Positions 8,738 to 18,316 of a stretch of 35,394 nt of DNA are shown piece by piece. Made by a program: the position numbers and the translations under genes. The stretch's first letter is position 1; each line of letters begins with the position of its first letter. The notes below the pieces were generated by a model. The model was not told where the DNA came from. It did no database searches and was given only the letters and a program-made list of their open reading frames with translations. The stretch is taken from the sequence record SRR22947727_1447; one strand, written 5' to 3'.

Positions 8738-9711
8738 GAATCCTCTTTATTTTTCACAATACCACTCTTTAATGAAAATAAGCTCATGTTGAGCTCAAAG
8801 CCTAAAAGCAAGATATTTGAGTTAATCCATATATAAAACATTAGAATCAAAAGCCCCCCTAACGCACCATATAGCTGGTTATAGGTAGAGAAATTATCTA
8901 TATAAATTCCAAAAAAATAAGAGGTGAACAAAAACAAAGCGGTAGTCATAAAAGCGCCAATGGAGAAAAAATTGGTCTTGGTCGTTTCTGCTGTTCCAAA
9001 GAAATACAAAATAGTTGTAATCAGATAGAAAACACCCGCGAAAAAAGCGGTCTTTAACCAATACACCAACTGTAGTTCTTGATCTGCAGAGGTATAGGGA
9101 TTGCTTTTTGAAAAGTCAATCATGAAATCTAAAATATAAAATTCAAAATATACATATCCAATGGCTCCCAAGATAAAAAGCAGGGATAATAAAAGCCCTA
9201 CAGCTAAGGCAAATACATATTGTTTAAAAAAGTTTCTGCTGAGTTTTGAATGGTATGAGTTTTCAAATCCTCCGAAAATAGCGTTCACCCCATTGGCCAT
9301 TAAAAAAATAGAAACCACAAAAGATGTAGATAACAAGCCTGACTGCTTTTGCTGCTTAATCTGATTGAAAATCTCAGAAAAATAATCTCCAGTGGCAGTG
9401 GGCAAAAAAGATTCCATAAACAAAAACAATTGCTCCTCAAATGCCTGGTCTCCTATTTGAATGTAAGGAATAATGTACGGCACCAAGGTTAATATAAAAA
9501 TGAGCAGTGGAAATAGCGCCGTAAAAAGCGAGAAAGAAATAGCACTCGCCCTTGTAGAAAGCGCTCCCTTGATTATCCCCAACATATACATCTCAATAAG
9601 ATCATATGCAGACAAACCTTCGAATCCGGGGAGCTGAACTTTTTTAAGTAAAGACAACAAGTTTCTAAGTAGGGGTATTTTTTGAATTTTTATCTCAATC
9701 TCCTTTGACAT
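8734..9711 (-). CDS. YihY/virulence factor BrkB family membrane protein
   Basis: About six TM segments; RASAISF…ALFP and YNQLYGALG.LLILM.YIW motifs. ATGA overlap with priA. Confidence 0.9.
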   Translation of the reverse strand: MSKEIEIKIQKIPLLRNLLSLLKKVQLPGFEGLSAYDLIEMYMLGIIKGALSTRASAISFSLFTALFPLLIFILTLVPYIIPYIQIGDQAFEEQLFLFMESFLPTATGDYFSEIFNQIKQQKQSGLLSTSFVVSIFLMANGVNAIFGGFENSYHSKLSRNFFKQYVFALAVGLLLSLLFILGAIGYVYFEFYILDFMIDFSKSNPYTSADQELQLVYWLKTAFFAGVFYLITTILYFFGTAETTKTNFFSIGAFMTTALFLFTSYFFGIYIDNFSTYNQLYGALGGLLILMFYIWINSNILLLGFELNMSLFSLKSGIVKNKEDS

Positions 9712-9751
9712 GGTAAACGTATAGTCTTTCTGCTAAATTAATAAAAACAAA

Positions 9752-9759
9752 TACCTTTG
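9752..9759 (+). promoter_or_regulatory. -7 element TACCTTTG for rlmH
   Basis: TAnnTTTG match 18 nt before ATG 9778. Confidence 0.65.
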
Positions 9760-9777
9760 TATACTTATCTGATTAAA

Positions 9778-10251
9778 ATGACCATAAAACTAATTGCTGT
9801 TGGAAAGACAGACCAAAAAGAGCTACAACACCTTATTGATGTTTACATTTCAAGACTCAAACACTATGTCAGTTTTGAAATAAACATTATCCCAGATATT
9901 AGACATAGTAAAAATTTAAGTGAGTCACAGCAAAAATCAAAAGAAGCTGCGCTTATTTTAAAACAAATCACACCCGCAGATATCTTTATCCTATTAGATG
10001 AAAACGGAAAAAGTTATGACTCAGTAGCATTTTCAAATTACCTTCAAAAACAAATGCTAAGTGGTCAAAAACAATTGGTTTTTGTGATTGGTGGTCCTTA
10101 TGGATTCAGCGAAGAAGTTTATCAAAGAGCCCATGGAAAAATTAGCCTATCCAAAATGACATTTTCTCATCAAATGATTCGATTGTTCATGGTAGAACAG
10201 TTGTATAGAGGGTTTAGTATTTTAAAAAATGAACCTTACCACCACAGATAA
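9778..10251 (+). CDS. rlmH: 23S rRNA pseudouridine1915 N3-methyltransferase
   Basis: LDENGK, FVIGGPYGF, SLSKMTFSHQMIRL…EQLYR…PYHH. ATG at 9778. Confidence 0.97.
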   Translation: MTIKLIAVGKTDQKELQHLIDVYISRLKHYVSFEINIIPDIRHSKNLSESQQKSKEAALILKQITPADIFILLDENGKSYDSVAFSNYLQKQMLSGQKQLVFVIGGPYGFSEEVYQRAHGKISLSKMTFSHQMIRLFMVEQLYRGFSILKNEPYHHR

Positions 10252-10282
10252 AAATCATTTAATATTTTCGAAAGCACCCACA

Positions 10283-12166
10283 CTAGTACAATACCCTAAA
10301 CTTAATGGTGTTAGGTATTTCCTTAAGTGCTTTAATCACTTCTTTGTTGTAATCTTTATCTAAATCTGAAATCACATAACCTACCTCAGCATCTGTAGAG
10401 AGAAACTGTCCACTAATGTTCATATCAAAGGATGCCAACACTTCATTTATATTGGCCATAATTCCTGGAACATTTTTATGAATGTGTAAAAATCTATGGG
10501 CATTTTGTTGCTTGGGCAGTCTAATATTTGGAAAGTTTACAGCGTCTACCGTATTTCCAGAATTCATGTATTCCATTATTTTATTTGGCACAAAATTAGC
10601 AATATCTCTTTGTGCCTCTTCCGTGCTGCCTCCAATATGAGGTGTTAATATAACATTTTCCATACCCTGAAGGGCCGTTACAAAGGCTCCATTGCTAATA
10701 GGCTCCTCTGGATAAACATCTACTGCAGCGCCACCTATTTGACCGGATTTTAATGCGCTTACCAAGGCTTCAATATTCACTACAAATCCTCGTGACAGAT
10801 TCACTAATAAAGCCCCATGCTTCATAGCGTCAAAAGCAGCCTTATTAAAAAAGTCTTTATTTGCTTTGTTGTCATCTATATGTAAGCTCACTACATCTGA
10901 CAATCCCAATAGTTCATTTAAATGATCACATTTGGTGGCGTTACCGATGGATAACTGGTCATTTACATCGTAAAAATAAACATGCATCCCCATAGCTTCA
11001 GCCAGAACAGATAATTGTTTGCCAATATTCCCGTAACCAATAATACCTAGATTCTTTCCCCTAACTTCTCTTGAATTTGCTGCTGTCTTATTCCATTGAC
11101 CCTGATGAATCTCAGTACTTCTAGGAAAAATACTTCTCATTAACATAATAATCTCTCCAATAGCTAATTCCACTACAGATCTGGTATTGCTGTAAGGCGC
11201 ATTAAAAACAACCACCCCTTTTTTCTTGCAGGCCTCTAAATCTATTTGAGTGGTCCCGATACAAAAAGCACCAACAGCCATTAGTTTATCTGCAGCATCT
11301 AAAACTTTTTGCGTCAGTTGTGTTTTGGATCTAATCCCTAGCACATGCACCCCTTTAATCTTCTCAATTAAAGCGGTCTCATCTAAACTGGTTTTAACCA
11401 ACTCAACCGAAAAACCATCCTTAGAAAGCTTTTTAAAAGCTTCAGGATGAACATTTTCTAGCAACAAAACCTTAATTCTATTCTTAGGATAGGAGATGTT
11501 TCTGGGTAGGTCATTAACATATAAGAACTCATCTAAGTTTGGTGTAACATGATCTGCATTTGCCGTGGCTTTGTCTCTAGAAACATTTTCAGTATAGGCA
11601 AAAAACTTGTCAGCAATCCCAGCTTCTCTCATGACATAATCACTATACCCATCCCCTATTACCTGAACTTCACCATCTAAATTCATTCGCTTCAAGCACT
11701 CAATCTTTCCATTGTGCGAAGACAATACATTCTCTTTGTCAAATCCTGTGATATTACCTTTTTCATCATAGGTGAATGTATTGGCATATACTTTGTGTGC
11801 TGGTATATTATAATGCGCTACAATTGGTTCAATAAATTCTTTAAAACCACATGAAATCACATAAATATCTTCAGAATACTTCTTAAAAAATTCTTTGTTT
11901 CTCACTATTGAAGCAGACACTTTATTTTGCAATTCTTGAACCAAAGTAGCCAAATCTGCCTTGTTTGCGTGTAATAACGAAAGCCTTCTCTCTAAAGATT
12001 CTGTAAAGGAAATATCTCCATCTATACCGAGGTTTGTAATGGCTTGAATTTCTGACACAACTGCGTCTTTCTCTGGCTTATTTGCCAAAGTGATTTCTGC
12101 CAAAACATCCAATGCTTCTACACTTGTCAAAGTACTGTCAAAGTCAAAAACGTATTTCTTACCCAC
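10283..12166 (-). CDS. serA: Fused HAD phosphoserine phosphatase-like domain + D-3-phosphoglycerate dehydrogenase + ACT domain
   Basis: N-terminal DFDSTL and GDGYSD HAD motifs; GIRSKT, GIIGYGNIG, TPHIGGSTEEAQ; ACT H.NVPG. GTG start. Confidence 0.93.
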   Translation of the reverse strand: MGKKYVFDFDSTLTSVEALDVLAEITLANKPEKDAVVSEIQAITNLGIDGDISFTESLERRLSLLHANKADLATLVQELQNKVSASIVRNKEFFKKYSEDIYVISCGFKEFIEPIVAHYNIPAHKVYANTFTYDEKGNITGFDKENVLSSHNGKIECLKRMNLDGEVQVIGDGYSDYVMREAGIADKFFAYTENVSRDKATANADHVTPNLDEFLYVNDLPRNISYPKNRIKVLLLENVHPEAFKKLSKDGFSVELVKTSLDETALIEKIKGVHVLGIRSKTQLTQKVLDAADKLMAVGAFCIGTTQIDLEACKKKGVVVFNAPYSNTRSVVELAIGEIIMLMRSIFPRSTEIHQGQWNKTAANSREVRGKNLGIIGYGNIGKQLSVLAEAMGMHVYFYDVNDQLSIGNATKCDHLNELLGLSDVVSLHIDDNKANKDFFNKAAFDAMKHGALLVNLSRGFVVNIEALVSALKSGQIGGAAVDVYPEEPISNGAFVTALQGMENVILTPHIGGSTEEAQRDIANFVPNKIMEYMNSGNTVDAVNFPNIRLPKQQNAHRFLHIHKNVPGIMANINEVLASFDMNISGQFLSTDAEVGYVISDLDKDYNKEVIKALKEIPNTIKFRVLY

Positions 12167-12370
12167 GAGAAGGAATTTTAAATTAAGGCATAAAAATAGC
12201 TATTATTTACGCTTTATAAGCGCTTTGTCTATTCATTTTTAAGGGAGTTATACACATATTAAACAATATTCACAAAAATGTAATTTATTGGGCAAAAACA
12301 CACAATTATAAAATAAAATGAGGCTTTTGTTGTGACTTTTACAACAGCCCTAGCTGAGGTAAATTTAAAG

Positions 12371-12378
12371 TATCTTTG
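12371..12378 (+). promoter_or_regulatory. -7 element TATCTTTG for rdgB
   Basis: TAnnTTTG match 15 nt before the ATG. Confidence 0.65.
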
Positions 12379-12393
12379 AAAAAAAATATTTAG

Positions 12394-12969
12394 ATGAAAC
12401 TTATTTTCGCCACACACAACCAAAACAAGCTCAATGAAATAAAGTCTCAACTCCCTACTAATATTGACATACTATCGCTTAAAGAGTTGTCATTTAGTCA
12501 AGAAATTCCAGAACCCTATCTTACTTTAGAGGAAAATGCAGCGACAAAAGCAAATACTATTTTCAATTGCTTTAATGAAGCTTGCATTAGCGACGACACT
12601 GGTTTGTTTGTTCCAGCGCTAAATGGCGCACCTGGTGTTCACTCTGCTAGGTATTCAGGGCCCAATGCAAGCGCGAGCGCAAATATGAATAAATTACTCA
12701 AAGCACTTGAGCACATTACAGACAGAAAAGCGTACTTCCAAACAACCATTGCGCTTAAAACCGCTAATGATTTAATATACTTTACAGGAAAAGTATATGG
12801 TTCCATTGCGTTAAGTAAAAAAGGTAATGGCGGTTTTGGGTACGACCCTATTTTTATCCCTGAAAATCATTCCGAAAGCTTTGCCGAATTACCCTTGGCC
12901 ATAAAACAAAAAATTGGTCACAGAGGTAAGGCAATTAGCGCGCTAATTGCCTATCTAAATAATCTCTAG
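12394..12969 (+). CDS. rdgB: Non-canonical purine NTP pyrophosphatase (RdgB/HAM1)
   Basis: FATHN.NK, DDTGL…GAPGVHSARY, GFGYDPIF, GHRGKA. Confidence 0.95.
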   Translation: MKLIFATHNQNKLNEIKSQLPTNIDILSLKELSFSQEIPEPYLTLEENAATKANTIFNCFNEACISDDTGLFVPALNGAPGVHSARYSGPNASASANMNKLLKALEHITDRKAYFQTTIALKTANDLIYFTGKVYGSIALSKKGNGGFGYDPIFIPENHSESFAELPLAIKQKIGHRGKAISALIAYLNNL

Positions 12970-13071
12970 TTTTAATTAATTGCGCCAAAATCCCTAAAAC
13001 ACCAGTAAAATCAATACATAACGCAACATAACATATGTATTACATTTCAAGGTATTCTGGTTTATTTTTTG

Positions 13072-13185
13072 TAATTTTGCCACTTCAAATAACGCCGCTA
13101 GTATAGCATGTGTTGCGCTGAGTAAAAGGTTAGTAAAGGTTAATCGCTCTATGCAACAGACATATTTGCGATTAAACATTTAAAA
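13072..13185 (+). promoter_or_regulatory. Promoter TAATTTTG (13072-13079) and an about 100-nt structured 5' leader of the DEAD-box helicase
   Basis: -7 match followed by a leader far longer than the others in the window, containing competing inverted repeats. Confidence 0.5.
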
Positions 13186-15099
13186 ATGATACCATTTTCA
13201 GAATTGGGACTTCAAGAGTCCCTGCTCAAAGCTATTGAAGATTTAGGCTTTGAAACCCCATCAGAAGTTCAAGAAAAAGCCATTCCCCTATTATTAGCAG
13301 ACCACATAGATTTAGTGGCGCTAGCACAAACAGGTACTGGAAAAACAGCTGCTTTTGGATTTCCACTTATTCAAAGAATAGATCCTTCAAGCAGAACAAC
13401 ACAAGGTTTAATACTTTCACCTACCAGAGAACTTTGCTTACAAATAACAAAGGAGATTCAAGCGTATTCAAAATATGAAAGAGGCTTAAATACGGTAGCC
13501 ATATACGGTGGTGCTAGCATTCAAGACCAAGCGAGACAAATTCAGAGAGGCGCACAAATTGTTGTAGCTACCCCTGGAAGAATGAAAGATATGATCAGCA
13601 GAGGAATGGTAGACATTTCTAAAATTGATTACTGCATATTGGATGAAGCAGACGAAATGTTAAATATGGGGTTCTTTGAAGACATCAAAGACATTTTATC
13701 CAATACACCAAAAGAAAAAGCGACTTGGTTGTTTTCAGCTACCATGCCTAAAGAAGTCGCTATTATTGCTAAAAAATTCATGAACAGCCCACAAGAAATT
13801 ACTGTGGGAACTAAGAATTCTGGTGCAACAACAGTACAACATGAATATTATGTAGCCGGAGGAAGAGACCGTTACCCTGTGTTAAAAAGATTGGCAGATA
13901 CCAATCCTAACATTTTTTCTGTGATTTTTTGTAGAACAAAAAGAGACACTCAAAAAGTAGCTGAAAACTTAATTGAAGACGGTTACAACGCAGGAGCACT
14001 TCACGGAGATTTAAGCCAGAACCAGAGAGATTTGGTCATGAACGCTTTTAGAAAAAAACAAATACAAATGTTAGTTGCTACAGATGTAGCAGCCAGAGGA
14101 ATAGATGTAGACGACATTACACACGTAATTAACTACCAACTTCCAGATGAAATAGAAACATACAACCACCGTTCAGGAAGAACTGGAAGGGCAGGTAAAT
14201 CAGGAACTTCTATGGTTATTATCACCCGCTCAGAAATGAGAAAGATAAAAGCCATTGAAAACAAAATTCAAAAGAAATTTATAGCAAAACCTATTCCAAC
14301 AGGAATGGAAATATGCGAAACCCAACTGTACCACTTAGTAAACAAGATTAAGGATACAGAAGTAAATGCAGATGTAGAAAACTACCTTCCTGCCATTAAC
14401 GAGATGCTAGAAGGTATTGATAAGGATACCTTGGTGCAAAAAATTGTTTCCGTTGAATTTGGTCGTTTCTTTAATTATTACAATAAGGCTAAGGATTTAA
14501 ACTCAAATGACAGGGACAGAGGAGAAAGACCTGAAAGAGGAGAGCGTAGAGATTCTGGCGACTCTAGAGACAGAGGCGCCTCAAAAAACTACGGTGGAGA
14601 CGGATCTACCCGTTATTTCATTAATATTGGTGAAAAAGACGGTTATGATTGGATGTCCCTAAAAGACTTTTTAAGAGACACTGTCAACCTTGGTAAAGAC
14701 GACATTTTCAAAGTAGATGTTAAAGAAAGTTTTTCATTCTTTAACTCTGAAGCTAATGTTGAAGAAGCCATTTTAAATACTTTTAAGGACCTAAAGGTCG
14801 ACGGCCGATTTGTTAATGTCGAAGTCTCTAACAATCCAATTGGTGGAGGTTCCAGCAGAGGTGGCGGAGGTTTTAAAGGCAGAAGTAAAGGCGGATATGG
14901 TGGCGGAAGCAGTTTTAGAAGCAAAGAACGTGGTGGCTACAAAGGGGGTGGATCTTCAAGATCAGATCGCCCTTCTAGATCTACTAGTTCAGACAGGTCT
15001 GATTCCGGAAGAATGGGTTCTGGAGATGGAGGTAAATCCTTTGGCGGATCTCCTTTCTCGGAAAACAAGAAAAGCAAGAGAAGAAACGGATTTATGTAA
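13186..15099 (+). CDS. deaD: DEAD-box RNA helicase (DeaD/CsdA-like) with DbpA-type RNA-binding domain and G/R/S-rich tail
   Basis: Q motif, AQTGTGKT, PTREL, TPGR, DEAD, SAT, ARGID, HRSGRTGRAG; C-terminal RYFINIGEKDG domain. Confidence 0.9.
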   Translation: MIPFSELGLQESLLKAIEDLGFETPSEVQEKAIPLLLADHIDLVALAQTGTGKTAAFGFPLIQRIDPSSRTTQGLILSPTRELCLQITKEIQAYSKYERGLNTVAIYGGASIQDQARQIQRGAQIVVATPGRMKDMISRGMVDISKIDYCILDEADEMLNMGFFEDIKDILSNTPKEKATWLFSATMPKEVAIIAKKFMNSPQEITVGTKNSGATTVQHEYYVAGGRDRYPVLKRLADTNPNIFSVIFCRTKRDTQKVAENLIEDGYNAGALHGDLSQNQRDLVMNAFRKKQIQMLVATDVAARGIDVDDITHVINYQLPDEIETYNHRSGRTGRAGKSGTSMVIITRSEMRKIKAIENKIQKKFIAKPIPTGMEICETQLYHLVNKIKDTEVNADVENYLPAINEMLEGIDKDTLVQKIVSVEFGRFFNYYNKAKDLNSNDRDRGERPERGERRDSGDSRDRGASKNYGGDGSTRYFINIGEKDGYDWMSLKDFLRDTVNLGKDDIFKVDVKESFSFFNSEANVEEAILNTFKDLKVDGRFVNVEVSNNPIGGGSSRGGGGFKGRSKGGYGGGSSFRSKERGGYKGGGSSRSDRPSRSTSSDRSDSGRMGSGDGGKSFGGSPFSENKKSKRRNGFM

Positions 15100-15114
15100 T
15101 CATATATTTTAGTT

Positions 15115-15144
15115 AAAAAAAAGGCGCCAAGGCGCCTTTTTTTT
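15115..15144 (+). terminator. Intrinsic terminator after the helicase
   Basis: A8-GGCGCC-AA-GGCGCC-T8. Confidence 0.9.
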
Positions 15145-15178
15145 GTTTTCCATCCTATCTTTATGCCAAGCTTAAGAT

Positions 15179-15961
15179 ATGAGAAATAACAGACCAACAA
15201 TCAAAATAGTCCTTTTTACATTTACTTTTATTCTTGGACTGCAATCTATCTTAGCGCAGTCAGATGAGATAAATGCGACTATTATAAATGCTCAAACACA
15301 GGAGGCTTTAGAAAGTGTTCACGTCATTAATCTTTCTCAAATAAAGGGAACTATAACAGATAAGGATGGAAACTTCACAGTCCCTGCGGTAGCCAATGAC
15401 ACCTTACTTTTATCTTATTTAGGTTTTAAAACTATCAAGGTTAGAGTGACCAATGATATGATGACTTTCCAAAATACAAAAATAGCTTTGACAGAGTTAG
15501 CATATGCCTTAGAGGAAGTGGTTTTAAAACCATATCAACTCACGGGTTACTTAGAAATAGACATTAGAAAACTCCCCGTCAATACCGCATTTCAATACAG
15601 CATATCTGGCCTAAACGTCAGTTATGAGGCAGGTAATAAGAGACCATCATCTGTTTCAAAGGTTCTTGGAGCTATTTTAAATCCCGCAGACCTGCTTAGA
15701 AACTTGTTCGGAAAGAAACCAAAGCAAATGAGAAAGCTCAGACAGATGAAAGAAGACAACAACATTAAGGACCTGCTCGCCTCTAAATTCGACAGAGAGA
15801 CACTCACCGCATTACTGCAAATTGAAGAAGCAGATATTCAAGACATTCTAAGTAACTGCAACTATTCCAAGTCATTTATTAAAACAGCTAACGATCTTCA
15901 AATTCTAGATGCCATAAGTGGCTGCTACGAGGAGTATAAAGTTTTAAACAGACAGAAATAG
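15179..15961 (+). CDS. Exported protein with carboxypeptidase-regulatory-like (CarbopepD_reg_2) domain
   Basis: Signal peptide; GTITDKDGNF…DTLLLSYLGFKT…LEEVVL pattern. Confidence 0.8.
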   Translation: MRNNRPTIKIVLFTFTFILGLQSILAQSDEINATIINAQTQEALESVHVINLSQIKGTITDKDGNFTVPAVANDTLLLSYLGFKTIKVRVTNDMMTFQNTKIALTELAYALEEVVLKPYQLTGYLEIDIRKLPVNTAFQYSISGLNVSYEAGNKRPSSVSKVLGAILNPADLLRNLFGKKPKQMRKLRQMKEDNNIKDLLASKFDRETLTALLQIEEADIQDILSNCNYSKSFIKTANDLQILDAISGCYEEYKVLNRQK

Positions 15962-16073
15962 TGTTGCTCAATAGTACCCATCACTACTTTTAATCCGCAG
16001 GTAGCTTCATCTACATCATATCCTCATAAAATATATTCCTTTTTAGTATATTGCTTTACTTAAAACAACACCA

Positions 16074-17726
16074 ATGAAGCCATCTATTTTCATCTGTCCA
16101 GCTATTTTATTATTATTATTATTTAACGGCTGTAAAGAGAAAGAAAACCTTAATCTAGAAAGTTCAAATAAACCATTTGTTTGGGAGAATGCCAATATGT
16201 ATTTCCTATTGACAGACCGATTTAATAACGGTGACAAAACCAATGACATAAACTTTAATAGAACCAAAGAAACTGCGGTACTTAGGGGTTTCAAAGGCGG
16301 TGACTTTGCAGGTGTTACACAAAAAATAAATGAAGGATACTTCACTAAATTAGGAATTAATGCGCTCTGGTTCTCCCCTGTCGTTGAACAAATTCACGGA
16401 GCTACAAATGAAGGAACTGGAAACACTTACGGATTTCATGGCTATTGGACCAAAGATTGGACCGCTATTGAACCTAATTTTGGCACAGAAGCAGCACTTA
16501 GAACTTTGGTGGAGACAGCTCATGCAAATGGTATTAGAATCGTGATGGATGTTGTCTTAAACCATACTGGACCCGTGACTGAAAAGGATGAGGTTTGGCC
16601 AGAGGATTGGGTAAGAACTTCCCCAGCTTGTACTTATGATTCCTATGAAAATACTACCGCTTGTACCCTTGTGAAAAACCTGCCTGATATTTTAACAGAA
16701 TCTAACAAAGAAGTTTCATTGCCTAACTTTCTACTGGAAAAATGGAAGAATGAAGGTAGACTAAAAGAAGAATTAGCCTCCTTAGATGACTATTTTTCTA
16801 GAACCGGATATCCTAGAACACCTCAGGCGTATATTGTTAAATGGCTCACAGATTATGTAAAAGACTTTGGCATTGATGGATTTAGAGTAGACACCGTAAA
16901 ACACGCTTCAGAAACAGCCTGGGACATGTTGTACACAGAAGCATCCTTTGCTTTTGATACATGGAAAAAAAATAATCCTGAAAAAGTTTTAGATCAGAAT
17001 TCATTTTATATGATGGGCGAGGTTTATAATTATGGCATTTCTGGAGGAAGATCCTATGATTTTGGCAATAAAAAAGTAGATTATTACGCACATGGTTTTC
17101 ATTCTTTGATCAATTTTGAACTTAAGTACGACGCAGACAAATCCTACGCTGAGATATTTAAAAAATACGACAGCCTCTTAAATGGCCCCTTTAGGGAAAA
17201 AAGTGTTTTAAATTACCTCACTTCCCACGACGACGGACAACCTTATGACAAGCTAAGAGAGAAAGGATTCAGAGCGGCAAATGTATTATTACTTACCCCT
17301 GGGGGGTCTCAAATTTATTATGGAGATGAGACCAATAGAAACTTAATTGTACAAGGGACTGAGGGTGACGCCACCTTGAGAAGCTTCATGAATTGGGAGG
17401 AAATAGACACTCAAAAAGAGTTGTTGCGTCATTGGCAAATGCTTGGACAGTTTAAAGGGAATCACATAGCTGTAGGCGCTGGAAAACATAAAGACATAAG
17501 TACAACTCCCTATGTTTTTTCAAGGGAGTATCTGAGAAACAAACTCGAAGACAAAGTAATTATTGGTTTGGATTTACCCGAAGGAAAAAAGGACATTTCG
17601 GTTGGGTCAATATTTAAAAACGGACAAGCGCTAAAAGACACTTATTCTGGAAATACCACTGAAGTTATTAATGGAAAAGTGTCGTTAGACACTCCATATA
17701 CTCTAGTGCTATTGGAAGCTAATTAA
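16074..17726 (+). CDS. GH13 alpha-amylase family lipoprotein
   Basis: Lipobox FNGC; DVVLNH, DGFRVDTVKH (nucleophile), MGEVY (acid/base), LTSHD. Confidence 0.92.
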   Translation: MKPSIFICPAILLLLLFNGCKEKENLNLESSNKPFVWENANMYFLLTDRFNNGDKTNDINFNRTKETAVLRGFKGGDFAGVTQKINEGYFTKLGINALWFSPVVEQIHGATNEGTGNTYGFHGYWTKDWTAIEPNFGTEAALRTLVETAHANGIRIVMDVVLNHTGPVTEKDEVWPEDWVRTSPACTYDSYENTTACTLVKNLPDILTESNKEVSLPNFLLEKWKNEGRLKEELASLDDYFSRTGYPRTPQAYIVKWLTDYVKDFGIDGFRVDTVKHASETAWDMLYTEASFAFDTWKKNNPEKVLDQNSFYMMGEVYNYGISGGRSYDFGNKKVDYYAHGFHSLINFELKYDADKSYAEIFKKYDSLLNGPFREKSVLNYLTSHDDGQPYDKLREKGFRAANVLLLTPGGSQIYYGDETNRNLIVQGTEGDATLRSFMNWEEIDTQKELLRHWQMLGQFKGNHIAVGAGKHKDISTTPYVFSREYLRNKLEDKVIIGLDLPEGKKDISVGSIFKNGQALKDTYSGNTTEVINGKVSLDTPYTLVLLEAN

Positions 17727-17768
17727 TTCATTAGGGTCTGGTTAAATAACTTGAAGCGCCTACCAAAA

Positions 17769-18257
17769 TTAACGGGCCAATTGCCCATTTTTGTATTTGA
17801 GCGCATATTGATAAATTACTCTGTTGCGCTCTGCCCAAGCCACCAAGCCTTTAAGCTCCTCTTCCGTAAGGCCTCCGTGGGTCCAGGTGTATGATTTCAA
17901 TGGCATTTCTCCCTCTTGAACCTCTGCTACAAGTTCTTCTATTTTATGGTCTTTCTTCTTAGTTGAGTACTGCTCCCAATTAGAAAAATTAAGGTGTTTT
18001 TTGCCGTCTTCTACATGGGCGTCTATCCAGTAAGAAACAGGAGCTATGTTGTTATACCAAGGGTATTCAGTGTTGTTAGAGTGACAATCATAACACTTGG
18101 ACTGCAGGGTAGTTAAAATAGGAGCAGGAGGATTGGTCTCGTTTTCAAAAAAACTGGTACTAAAAGTTTCAGAAATATTTTTCTCCGGTCTATAAAATTG
18201 CATCCCTATGAAAATGAGGCCTACTAATAATAGTGCTTTTTTTACCATATTCTTCAT
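17769..18257 (-). CDS. Haem-binding domain c-type cytochrome (Haem_bd family)
   Basis: N-terminal TM/signal, CYDCH, YPWY..IAPVS.W, GEMPL. Start at ATG 18257 or 18248; -7 element TATTTTTG at 18280-18287. Confidence 0.88.
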   Translation of the reverse strand: MKNMVKKALLLVGLIFIGMQFYRPEKNISETFSTSFFENETNPPAPILTTLQSKCYDCHSNNTEYPWYNNIAPVSYWIDAHVEDGKKHLNFSNWEQYSTKKKDHKIEELVAEVQEGEMPLKSYTWTHGGLTEEELKGLVAWAERNRVIYQYALKYKNGQLAR

Positions 18258-18316
18258 CTTATTACCATTTGTGTTTACACAAAAATACATATTTTTATAA
18301 TTAGATATGAAGGGAG

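Noticed and set aside
12195..12204. Palindrome AATAGCTATT at the serA promoter
   Set aside because: A 10-bp AT-rich palindrome is expected by chance in this composition, with no second copy seen.
12259..12450. 63-aa minus-strand ORF
   Set aside because: Overlaps the rdgB start and promoter; low-complexity AT-rich translation.
12994..13179. 61-aa minus-strand ORF upstream of the helicase
   Set aside because: Antisense to the helicase promoter and leader, with no motif and no own promoter evident. Better explained as regulatory DNA.
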